A DNA stretch of 24,000 nucleotides from an uncultured Acidimicrobiia bacterium (GTDB lineage: Bacteria > Gemmatimonadota > Gemmatimonadetes > Gemmatimonadales > GWC2-71-9): contig CAXMUQ010000047.1 in assembly GCA_964196605.1 (NCBI GenBank), forward strand, positions 827 through 24,826, written 5' to 3'. The position numbers and the translations under genes are program-made. The notes beneath the pieces are model-generated. The model searched no databases. It was not told where the DNA came from and saw only the letters and a program-made list of their open reading frames with translations. Of the stretch, positions 15,508-22,618 are shown one piece after another (the first letter of the stretch is position 1; every line of letters starts with the position of its first letter).

Positions 15508-16356
15508 TTACGGTACCCTACAGCGCTCCGGCGGAAGCACGCCGAGGTGACTGAATCGGCGTTCCTGACGTACTTCGGTGCGCACGGCCCGATCGGAAAC
15601 AATGGTTGTTGGAAAAGTAACGACTGTGGTGATGCGCCTATTCCAGGATAGCGGCCCCATCCCCGGCTGCCACAACATGCGGCTGCGCTCTTCCTCGACC
15701 GACTCGCCCTCCGAAAACTGGCCGTCGCCCCAGTCGACGGAAACAGATGTCGTGTCGTTGCGGAGAAGTCGCAGGCGCCACGCTGTGCCGGAAGCCATGA
15801 CGGTATCGCTCAATCGGTCGAAACCCCATCCTCGCCCGTCAGCCGTTGTGCCACCTGGCGCCAATGGCGTCGTCGGTAGCGGCGGGAACAGCTCATCGAG
15901 GGCCGTGTCCATGGCCGCGATCGCCGACACCGCATCAGGAACGAACGGCGCACTGATCCTGCGGTAGTCACCGGCGGGACCAAGCACTCCGCGGTAACGC
16001 CCACCGAGTATCCCGTCCGTGGCCGGCTCCAGCCGGCCTTCAGGAACATCACGCCACACCCGCAAGCGTTCGAACCAGGCAATGAGCGACACAGTACCTC
16101 CCGTGTCGGCATCAGCCTTGAGAACGATTTCACCCTCCCATCCGATAGTCTCCGTGCGACGATCCTTGCCGTGTACGGTCTCCAATTCACTCATGACCGA
16201 CTGATGCAGGGACACACAGGCCAACGGACCCACGTGATAGCTCATCGAGGAATCGAACTGGGCAGCGAGAGCCTTCCCATACAGCATCCCTACGGACAGG
16301 GCAACGACAAAGGGGCCTCTCCGAAGACCCCTTGAACGGCACCGCGCTTGCCTCAC
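15508..16356 (-). CDS. hypothetical secreted protein (282 aa)
   Basis: GTG start with a GGAGGA Shine-Dalgarno 5 nt upstream. Basic N-terminus, hydrophobic core and ALA-AQ cleavage-like site. The rest is beta-rich-looking with no recognised motif. Confidence 0.6.
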   Translation of the reverse strand: MRQARCRSRGLRRGPFVVALSVGMLYGKALAAQFDSSMSYHVGPLACVSLHQSVMSELETVHGKDRRTETIGWEGEIVLKADADTGGTVSLIAWFERLRVWRDVPEGRLEPATDGILGGRYRGVLGPAGDYRRISAPFVPDAVSAIAAMDTALDELFPPLPTTPLAPGGTTADGRGWGFDRLSDTVMASGTAWRLRLLRNDTTSVSVDWGDGQFSEGESVEEERSRMLWQPGMGPLSWNRRITTVVTFPTTIVSDRAVRTEVRQERRFSHLGVLPPERCRVP

Positions 16357-16368
16357 CTCGCTCCTCCG

Positions 16369-17997
16369 CTACTCGGCCTGCATATGCGGATATCGGTAGT
16401 CGTGCGGCGGGGCGAAAGTCTCCTTGATTGTCTGGGGAGCAACCCACCGCAGGAGATTTAGCGGCGACCCTGCCTTGTCGTCGGTACCGCTGGCACGGGC
16501 GCCACCGAACGGTTGTTGGCCCACAACAGCGCCAGTCGGCTTGTCGTTGATATAAAAATTTCCTGCCGCGTAGCGCAACACGCGATGGGCCTCCCTCACG
16601 GCCGCCCGGTCTTGGGAGAACACGGCTCCGGTAAGCGCGTAGGGCGACGTGGTATCAACCAGTGACAACGTCTCCGACCATGACTCATCGGGGTACACGT
16701 ACACGCTCAAGACCGGCCCGAAAATCTCTTCACACATCACTACCGCTGTGGGGTCGTCCACCCGGAGCAAAGTCGGCTCGATGTAGTAGCCGACCTCATC
16801 GCTGAACCCACCGCCCGCCACGACCTCAACACTGGGATCTGCTTTTGCGGTGTCGATGTAGCCCGTGATTTTGGTATAGGCCTTCTGGTCGATCACAGCT
16901 GCCATGAAATTGGTGAAGTCCGCCGGATCACCCATGCGGATGTCGCCGATCATCGCTTCGAGACGCTCGCGCAGTTCCGGCCACAGGGACTTCGGCACGT
17001 AGCAGCGGGACGCCGCACTGCACTTCTGACCCTGGTATTCGTAGGCGCCCCGCACCATTGCCACCGCCAGAGCCGCGACATCAGCGGATGGATGGGCTAC
17101 GATGAAGTCCTTACCGCCAGTTTCGCCGACGATCCTTGGATAGGACCGGTAGTTGGCCAGATTGTTCGCAAGTTTCTGCCACAACGATTGGAACACCGCT
17201 GTTGATCCAGTAAAGTGGATCCCCGCGATGTGCTCATCGGCAAACAGCACGTCGGTCATCATGACCGGATCGCCAGGGACGAAGTTGATCACACCGGGCG
17301 GAAGGCCCGCCTCCTCGAACAGCTTGAACATGTAGTAGTTACTCAGAGTGCCGGTGTGGGATGGTTTCCACACCGCAGTCGTCCCCATCAGCGCGGGGGC
17401 GCTGCACAGATTCCCGCCGATCGACGTGAAGTTGAACGGAGAAATGGCCCAGATGAACCCTTCCAATGGCCGGTACTCCAGTCGATTCCACACTCCAGGG
17501 CCGGCATCCGGCTGCATCTCGTAAATCTGCTCGGCGTAGTACACGTTGAACTTCAGGAAGTCGATCATCTCACAGGCGGCATCGATTTCAGCTTGGTAAA
17601 CCGTCTTGCTCTGACCCGCCATGGTGCTGGCGTTGATGATATCCCGCCAAGGACCGGCCAGCAGGTCGGCGGCCTTGAGAAACACCGCCGCTCGATCCGT
17701 GAAAGACCAACTGGCCCACTCACGCTGAGCCTCGACCGCGGCCGCAGCAGCGGCAGACACAGTGGCGGCGTCCGCTGAATGGACCGTGGCCAAAGTGTGG
17801 CCATGGTCGTGCGGGGACACTACTTGGTACGTGTCGCCCGTACGAACCTCTTTTCCCCCGACGATGACGGGGATTTCAACCTCATCCTCCCAGACTGTCT
17901 TCAATTTCGCCTGGAGAGCACTCCGCTCGAGTGTCCCCGGGGCGTAGCTCATTATTGGTTCGTTGTGCGGCTTCGGGATATTGGGCGTGCTGCTCAT
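16369..17997 (-). CDS. pruA: L-glutamate gamma-semialdehyde (1-pyrroline-5-carboxylate) dehydrogenase, ALDH4-type
   Basis: Aldehyde dehydrogenase catalytic motifs ETGGKD and GQKCSAASR. The N-terminal PKPHNEPIMSYAPGTLER and overall layout are typical of stand-alone roughly 540-aa PruA/ALDH4 enzymes. Preferred start is the ATG at 17997 (542 aa). Confidence 0.88.
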   Translation of the reverse strand: MSSTPNIPKPHNEPIMSYAPGTLERSALQAKLKTVWEDEVEIPVIVGGKEVRTGDTYQVVSPHDHGHTLATVHSADAATVSAAAAAAVEAQREWASWSFTDRAAVFLKAADLLAGPWRDIINASTMAGQSKTVYQAEIDAACEMIDFLKFNVYYAEQIYEMQPDAGPGVWNRLEYRPLEGFIWAISPFNFTSIGGNLCSAPALMGTTAVWKPSHTGTLSNYYMFKLFEEAGLPPGVINFVPGDPVMMTDVLFADEHIAGIHFTGSTAVFQSLWQKLANNLANYRSYPRIVGETGGKDFIVAHPSADVAALAVAMVRGAYEYQGQKCSAASRCYVPKSLWPELRERLEAMIGDIRMGDPADFTNFMAAVIDQKAYTKITGYIDTAKADPSVEVVAGGGFSDEVGYYIEPTLLRVDDPTAVVMCEEIFGPVLSVYVYPDESWSETLSLVDTTSPYALTGAVFSQDRAAVREAHRVLRYAAGNFYINDKPTGAVVGQQPFGGARASGTDDKAGSPLNLLRWVAPQTIKETFAPPHDYRYPHMQAE

Positions 17998-18069
17998 GGG
18001 ACATCCACGGTGCGAGATAATCAATCCTGAGGGACAGCGGGACCCGGCCTGCCCGTACGAATGCGCGGG

Positions 18070-18098
18070 AGCTTACCCGATTTGGAGGCGTCGGGCAA
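18070..18098 (-). promoter_or_regulatory. Putative sigma70-type promoter upstream of pruA
   Basis: On the minus strand: TTGCCC (18098-18093), a 17-nt spacer, TAAGCT (18075-18070), in the gap between the binding-protein gene and pruA. This is a weak hexamer match only. Confidence 0.25.
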
Positions 18099-18127
18099 CG
18101 GGTAACGCCGGCCCACGATCGGCCCGC

Positions 18128-19099
18128 TCAGGGGAGGAGACCAGGCGGCGGGTCCCCACTGATTTGCGGTGGATCGACCGTCAGCAAACCGCTCTGCTCA
18201 AGGACGGCCTGCCCTTCCGCCGACACCAGGAAGCGGAAGAACGCTTGCGCCGCCTCAGGATGGGGGGCAGCGCTGGGCACCGACACGGCCAACTCGATGG
18301 CCCGCCCCCTGAGTTCGATGGTATCACCAGGCGCGCCGGTCCGGCCTGGGACGCGGACGACCGCATGGTGGTACACATCGGCCAGCTGTGGCGAGCTGAG
18401 GTTTACCGCCTCCGGCAGCGATACATATGGAAGGTCGTGTAACCGCGCGACTGAAGCATACAACCAGGCGTAGTCCAACTCTCCCAACTGCAGCAGTGCC
18501 ACCAAGTCAACCGACTTGGGCCTGGTATACCGTGGCTCGGACCGATCACGGAGCTCTTGCCCGAGACCGGGACGGCCGTAGTGACGCTCCGCCAAGTCGA
18601 ATACCATGAAAGTGCGGTAACCTGCAGGATCGACGGCTGGATCTGCGTGCCCCCAGCGCACCGAGTCGTCGAGCAACACGTCGGGCCAGTTGTCAGCCGT
18701 GCCCCGGTCACCTGGCGGCACCATGGGAGACACGGCCAGAACCATGGCGTTTCTGGCAAAGGCAGCGTGCCATGACGTGTACCCCGGCTCAAGCAGCGCG
18801 GCAAAGAGCGTAACATCAGCCAGCGCCAGAATATCGGGAATGTGATCGAATTCCGTCAATTTTCTCACGGCCGCCAGGCTGCCGGAATGTTCCTGCTGGA
18901 CGCGGACGTCCGGATAGCGCTTGGTGAACGCGTCGAGCAACAACTTGAACGGTACTGCCAGGCTGCCCGCGTTATAAACGACCAACGGTCCGCCAATGTC
19001 CTGGGCGGCCGCGGAAATGGGCAGGGCCGTCAGCAGTGTCCCGACCATGGCAACCAGACGGCGGCGCCTGGAGGTCCATTTTGAAAGCGCGATCCACAT
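18128..19099 (-). CDS. periplasmic solute-binding protein, WtpA/ModA-like (molybdate/tungstate-type PBP), orphan
   Basis: LVVYNAGSLAVPF resembles the WtpA/ModA N-terminal anion-binding strand-loop. The C-terminal AQAFFRFLVSAEGQAVLEQSGL is a typical family-1 SBP ending. Preferred start is MWIALSKWTSRRRRLVAM at 19099, 5 nt after the PAP2 stop. It carries a twin-arginine-like SRRRRL signal and an AAA-Q cleavage site. Confidence 0.65.
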   Translation of the reverse strand: MWIALSKWTSRRRRLVAMVGTLLTALPISAAAQDIGGPLVVYNAGSLAVPFKLLLDAFTKRYPDVRVQQEHSGSLAAVRKLTEFDHIPDILALADVTLFAALLEPGYTSWHAAFARNAMVLAVSPMVPPGDRGTADNWPDVLLDDSVRWGHADPAVDPAGYRTFMVFDLAERHYGRPGLGQELRDRSEPRYTRPKSVDLVALLQLGELDYAWLYASVARLHDLPYVSLPEAVNLSSPQLADVYHHAVVRVPGRTGAPGDTIELRGRAIELAVSVPSAAPHPEAAQAFFRFLVSAEGQAVLEQSGLLTVDPPQISGDPPPGLLP

Positions 19100-19104
19100 G
19101 GAGG

Positions 19105-19893
19105 TCAAAATGTGAGCCGGTAGGACATACTGACGCTGGTGGGCCCGGCCAGAAACGAAGGAGCACGAAGTCCGAAAATGGTCCATCGGCCGTATACGAA
19201 CTTCGCGCTGGCAATCCCCATCACCGCTCCCGCAACCACGTCGCTGAGCCAGTGTTGGTCGTCGTACACACGTGAGTAGCCCGCCAGACTGGCCGCAGAA
19301 TAGAGAATCACCGTCGCGGCAGTGTTGTTGATTTCCTCGGACAGCGCAGTAGCCATGGCAAATGCCATGGTGGCGTGCCCCGAGTAGAAAGAACTCCCCG
19401 GCGTCCCCGGGTTGAACGACAGCGCCCCCTCACCCTCGTATGGTCGGCTGCGCCCGAAGACGAACTTCGTCACGTGGACCGCCCCCGCCGCCAGAGCCAT
19501 GGTTGCCAACAAGCGCTCCCCCGTACGTGTGAGGTCTTCGTCCCCCGTGGCCAAGCCGGCCAGGAACGTCCCGCCACTCACGATGGCCATCGCCGCGCCG
19601 TCGCCCAGGGCGCGGAAAGGCTCCAGCAGAATGGTGCCACCGGGCCCGTGCGAATCCGACACCCCTTGCCACACGATTTCGTCGAGGACCATCAACGCAC
19701 CGATCCCCACACCGAAAAACGCCGCCTCGCGCAAACCGACGTCGGTAGTGGCTGAGTGACACTTCGCATTGGTGGCGGAGCATACCTGAGCCTGCGCTTC
19801 CGCAACACACCAGTTCCCGACAACCAATGGCACGACCAGGAAGGCCACGGGGAGGAGGCACAATCCGGGTTGGGTTGGGCGCTTACCGCGCAT
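19105..19893 (-). CDS. PAP2-superfamily (type 2 phosphatidic acid phosphatase-like) membrane phosphatase
   Basis: All three PAP2 motifs are present: KFVFGRSRP (Kx6RP), YSGH (SGH), and SRVYDDQHWLSD (SRx5Hx3D). There is an N-terminal signal/TM segment. The ATG at 19893 is preferred; the track start is a TTG. Confidence 0.85.
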   Translation of the reverse strand: MRGKRPTQPGLCLLPVAFLVVPLVVGNWCVAEAQAQVCSATNAKCHSATTDVGLREAAFFGVGIGALMVLDEIVWQGVSDSHGPGGTILLEPFRALGDGAAMAIVSGGTFLAGLATGDEDLTRTGERLLATMALAAGAVHVTKFVFGRSRPYEGEGALSFNPGTPGSSFYSGHATMAFAMATALSEEINNTAATVILYSAASLAGYSRVYDDQHWLSDVVAGAVMGIASAKFVYGRWTIFGLRAPSFLAGPTSVSMSYRLTF

Positions 19894-20099
19894 CAAAGGA
19901 ATGCTCGATCCGATTCTTTAGAAGCATGGAGGGTTTTACCGACGGTTCAAGCCATGGTCTCTTAGACCGGGGAGCGCCCAACGATAGTATTGTCGTTAGT
20001 GCTTGACCAGACTCACCTCCCCAGGCATCATTGCCAACTATCGGACAGATCCTCCAGGAAACGCCTCGCGGGAATCACGGGCAATGACCAGGACATGCC

Positions 20100-20474
20100 A
20101 TGAAACGCATCACCCTCACCGTCCTCACGCTGGTAGCGGTCACCGCCTGTCGCGACTACCACGGCTACGCCCCACTAGCCGATGAGGCGGGACTCATCCC
20201 AGCCGCGCAGTGGGCCTCGTACGGAGTTGAGCAGGCCAAGGCCGTGGCCATCGGCCGAGAATTCGCCGCGGCCTACCAGGTCGACACCCCCGAGGCACTC
20301 GCTCGTCAGATGGACAGCGCCGTAGAATACGCACGTTCACTGGGTGTAGAAGTTGTATTGGCTGACACACTGGGCCATCGGCTGACGGTACGATTCCCCA
20401 GCGGGTGGCGCCTTGCCATCTTGCCGATCGACGACGGGGTGGCGGGGTCCGACACTCCGGGCATCGGTCAGTAA
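20100..20474 (+). CDS. hypothetical lipoprotein (124 aa)
   Basis: Signal peptide MKRITLTVLTLVAVTAC with lipobox-like VTAC. I recognise no family. Confidence 0.6.
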   Translation: MKRITLTVLTLVAVTACRDYHGYAPLADEAGLIPAAQWASYGVEQAKAVAIGREFAAAYQVDTPEALARQMDSAVEYARSLGVEVVLADTLGHRLTVRFPSGWRLAILPIDDGVAGSDTPGIGQ

Positions 20475-20495
20475 CGCCATCGGGCGGGCGGATCC

Positions 20496-20831
20496 GTGAC
20501 GGACATAATCCAATTAACAACCACCGTCGACAGCAAGGCCCAGGCGATCAAAATCGCGCAAACGATAGTGAGTGAACGCCTGGCCGCCTGCGCCCAGATC
20601 CAAGGGCCTGTCGAATCGATCTACTGGTGGCAGGGGAAACTTGACAACGCCACAGAATGGTACTGTCATTTCAAGACGACGAAACTCCTGGTTGAACAGC
20701 TGCGTATCCGTGTGGTGAAACTGCACCCCTACGACATTCCAGAGGTGATCGTCGTCCCGGTCGCTGACGGCCACCCACCATATGAGAATTGGGTAGCGTC
20801 GGAGACCCGAGATCCGACCTCCGGTTCCTGA
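20496..20831 (+). CDS. cutA: divalent-cation tolerance protein CutA
   Basis: 111 aa. The CutA1 pattern AACAQI...ESIYWWQGK...E...KT...HPYDIPE is clearly present. GTG start. Confidence 0.9.
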   Translation: MTDIIQLTTTVDSKAQAIKIAQTIVSERLAACAQIQGPVESIYWWQGKLDNATEWYCHFKTTKLLVEQLRIRVVKLHPYDIPEVIVVPVADGHPPYENWVASETRDPTSGS

Positions 20832-20861
20832 ACGCTCCACATTTCGATTCGGGAGACCAGC

Positions 20862-21587
20862 ATGACCGATCAAACGACATCATCCGAGACGGCAGCGTCG
20901 TGGTGGGAAGACTACCTCGAGATCTTCTTCGCCCCATCAAAGGTTTTTGCCCGACGTCAGGATGCCAGTTTCTGGCTGCCACTGCTGATTCTCACGGTCG
21001 TGGCCGCCCTGCTGGTCATCGGGCTGAGGGGGAGCTACGCGCCGGTCCTCGATGCGGATCTTGCCCGGGGGATGGAGGCTGCCCAGCAGAAAAACGACCT
21101 TACTGCCGAGCAGGTCGAGCAAGGGATCGCCATTCAGCAAAAGGTGATCGGCGTAGTTTCCTTGGTGATATTCCCGATCCTCGCGTTGCTCCTCGGGTTG
21201 ATCCTCTGGGGTGCGGGCAAGCTTGTGGGGGCCACCGAGAAACTGGGGCAGGCGATGCTGATTGCTACCTACGCTTCGTTTCCGCGACTCTTCGGCCTAC
21301 TTGCTGGCGGTGTTCAGGGCCTGTTCCTGCCTCCGGAGGCACTGAACGGCGCCAACCGATTGAGTCTGGGACCCTCTCGGTTCCTCGACCCCGACACCGC
21401 GTCCGCCCTGACCATCGCGCTAGCCAATCGATTCGACCTCACCTTGCTCTGGATCACGCTCCTGCTGGCCCTCGGCCTCAAGGTGATCGGCAAGATCGAC
21501 ATGAACAAGGCGCTCATCGCGGCGGGTCTGGTATGGCTTATCGGTGCTTTGCCCACAGCGGTCCCAGCCATGATGGGAGGCGGTTAA
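20862..21587 (+). CDS. Yip1-domain family integral membrane protein
   Basis: 241 aa. A soluble N-terminal segment (WWEDYLEIFFAPSKVFARR) is followed by about 5 TM helices, as in bacterial YIP1-family proteins. A GGGAGA Shine-Dalgarno lies 5 nt upstream. Confidence 0.65.
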   Translation: MTDQTTSSETAASWWEDYLEIFFAPSKVFARRQDASFWLPLLILTVVAALLVIGLRGSYAPVLDADLARGMEAAQQKNDLTAEQVEQGIAIQQKVIGVVSLVIFPILALLLGLILWGAGKLVGATEKLGQAMLIATYASFPRLFGLLAGGVQGLFLPPEALNGANRLSLGPSRFLDPDTASALTIALANRFDLTLLWITLLLALGLKVIGKIDMNKALIAAGLVWLIGALPTAVPAMMGGG

Positions 21588-21589
21588 CC

Positions 21590-21868
21590 ATGGCGGTGAA
21601 GGCAAGCCGGAAGCACATCGTCTGGCTCATCGTGGCCGGATTCGTAGTGCTCCTCATGTGGAGCACCATGGCCAGTCAGCAGGTGGAATGTGACGTGTGC
21701 GTGGAGTTCAACGGCCGCCGCAACTGCGCTACGGCCTCGGCCGCCAATGAAGCCCAAGCTGCGCAGAGCGCTCAGACCACGGCCTGCGGGACGGTGTCCT
21801 CAGGAATGGCGGAGGCCGTGTTGTGCGGTGATGCCGTGCCCGTCAGCCGGCGCTGCCAAGCGCTCTAG
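21590..21868 (+). CDS. hypothetical membrane-anchored Cys-rich small protein (92 aa)
   Basis: The ATG lies 2 nt after the Yip1 stop, in the frame of track ORF 20789..21868. Sequence: MAVKASRKHIVWLIVAGFVVLLMWSTMASQQVECDVCVEFNGRRNCATASAANEAQAAQSAQTTACGTVSSGMAEAVLCGDAVPVSRRCQAL. It has one N-terminal TM anchor and 6 Cys, including a CDVC motif. Confidence 0.5.
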   Translation: MAVKASRKHIVWLIVAGFVVLLMWSTMASQQVECDVCVEFNGRRNCATASAANEAQAAQSAQTTACGTVSSGMAEAVLCGDAVPVSRRCQAL

Positions 21869-22305
21869 ACGCCTGCCAGTGAGGCCAGCACGGCCTCATC
21901 TGCCATACCGACGTGACGCGCCGTTTCGGTGCCTTCGATGAAGGCAATGATGGTGGGGATCCCCTTGATACCAAATCGCTGGGCCGTTTTCTGATTGGCA
22001 TCCGTATCCAACTTGAGCACCAGCACCTTGCCGACACGCGAGTTGGCGAACTCATCCAGCGTCGGGGCCATCATCTTGCACGGCCCACACCAATCCGCGT
22101 GAAAGTCGACCACCACTGGGACACCGGCCCCATTTACCACCTGGTCGAAGTCGGAATCGGTAACCTTCAGTGGGCGATCCAACCTTATGGGACGGCCGCA
22201 ATCCCCGCATTTGGGCTGGTCCTCCGCCCTGCCGAGGTCGATCCGGTTCAGCTTGCTGCAGAAGGCGCAGCGCACCGTTGCCTTGGGTGCGGTGGGGGCG
22301 TTCAT
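21865..22305 (-). CDS. trxC: thioredoxin 2 type (N-terminal zinc-finger plus thioredoxin domain)
   Basis: Two N-terminal CxxC pairs (CAFC, CGDC) followed by the canonical WCGPC active site. 146 aa. Confidence 0.9.
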   Translation of the reverse strand: MNAPTAPKATVRCAFCSKLNRIDLGRAEDQPKCGDCGRPIRLDRPLKVTDSDFDQVVNGAGVPVVVDFHADWCGPCKMMAPTLDEFANSRVGKVLVLKLDTDANQKTAQRFGIKGIPTIIAFIEGTETARHVGMADEAVLASLAGV

Positions 22306-22311
22306 CCGGGA

Positions 22312-22340
22312 AAGCTAGGTACCCCCACAGAAAGTGTCAA
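22312..22340 (-). promoter_or_regulatory. Putative sigma70-type trxC promoter positioned for a leaderless transcript
   Basis: On the minus strand: consensus TTGACA (22340-22335), a 17-nt spacer, TAGCTT (22317-22312), then TCCCGG and the ATG (22305). The A of the ATG is the 7th nt after the -10 hexamer, and there is no Shine-Dalgarno. Confidence 0.45.
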
Positions 22341-22363
22341 AACCACACGACGAGTTCGTCTCC

Positions 22364-22404
22364 CAGGGTGTGGGATGGCAGGTCCCTGGATGTGGGATGG
22401 CAGG
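22364..22404. repeat. Direct repeat of TGTGGGATGGCAGG with 22-bp period (candidate transcription-factor site)
   Basis: The 14-nt core is identical at 22369-22382 and 22391-22404, and the flanks extend the match to 17 of 19 nt. It lies in intergenic DNA, centred about -70 and -92 relative to the predicted trxC start. Confidence 0.6.
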
Positions 22405-22480
22405 AAAGCCCCGCCCGAAGGACACACCGGACCCCTGAGCGAGGCCAGAGCGGCACCTCCGGCTGCCTGTGGCTCAGTGA

Positions 22481-22509
22481 TGTAACAATAATAGTCACAA
22501 TGTGTTACA
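22481..22509. promoter_or_regulatory. Inverted repeat TGTAACA-N15-TGTTACA in an AT-rich patch
   Basis: The 7-bp arms at 22481-22487 and 22503-22509 are exact reverse complements. The repeat lies about 75-100 nt upstream of the sigma54-like element. Confidence 0.35.
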
Positions 22510-22556
22510 CCGCCGAGTCTTAACCAAGATCAGCCATCACCATATGGCGGAACTGC

Positions 22557-22573
22557 TGGCATCACCATTGCAT
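22557..22573 (+). promoter_or_regulatory. sigma54 (RpoN)-type -24/-12 promoter element upstream of the GNAT gene
   Basis: TGGCAT-cacca-TTGCAT matches the consensus TGGCAC-N5-TTGCA/T at 11 of 12 defined positions with exact GG/GC spacing. It is intergenic, correctly oriented, and 46 nt upstream of the ATG at 22619. Confidence 0.45.
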
Positions 22574-22618
22574 AATGGGACCATTATAGAGGCGACTTAC
22601 CGAATTCACGGGTGCTGA

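Noticed and set aside
17215-17778. 187-aa + strand ORF antisense to pruA
   Set aside because: It lies entirely within a full-length aldehyde dehydrogenase gene. It is Arg/His/Gly-rich and has no start context.
20789-21589. N-terminal 267 aa of the 359-aa + strand ORF
   Set aside because: It overlaps cutA and the complete Yip1-like gene out of frame and is rich in Arg/Gly/Pro/Asp low-complexity sequence. Only the segment from the ATG at 21590 onward looks like a real protein.
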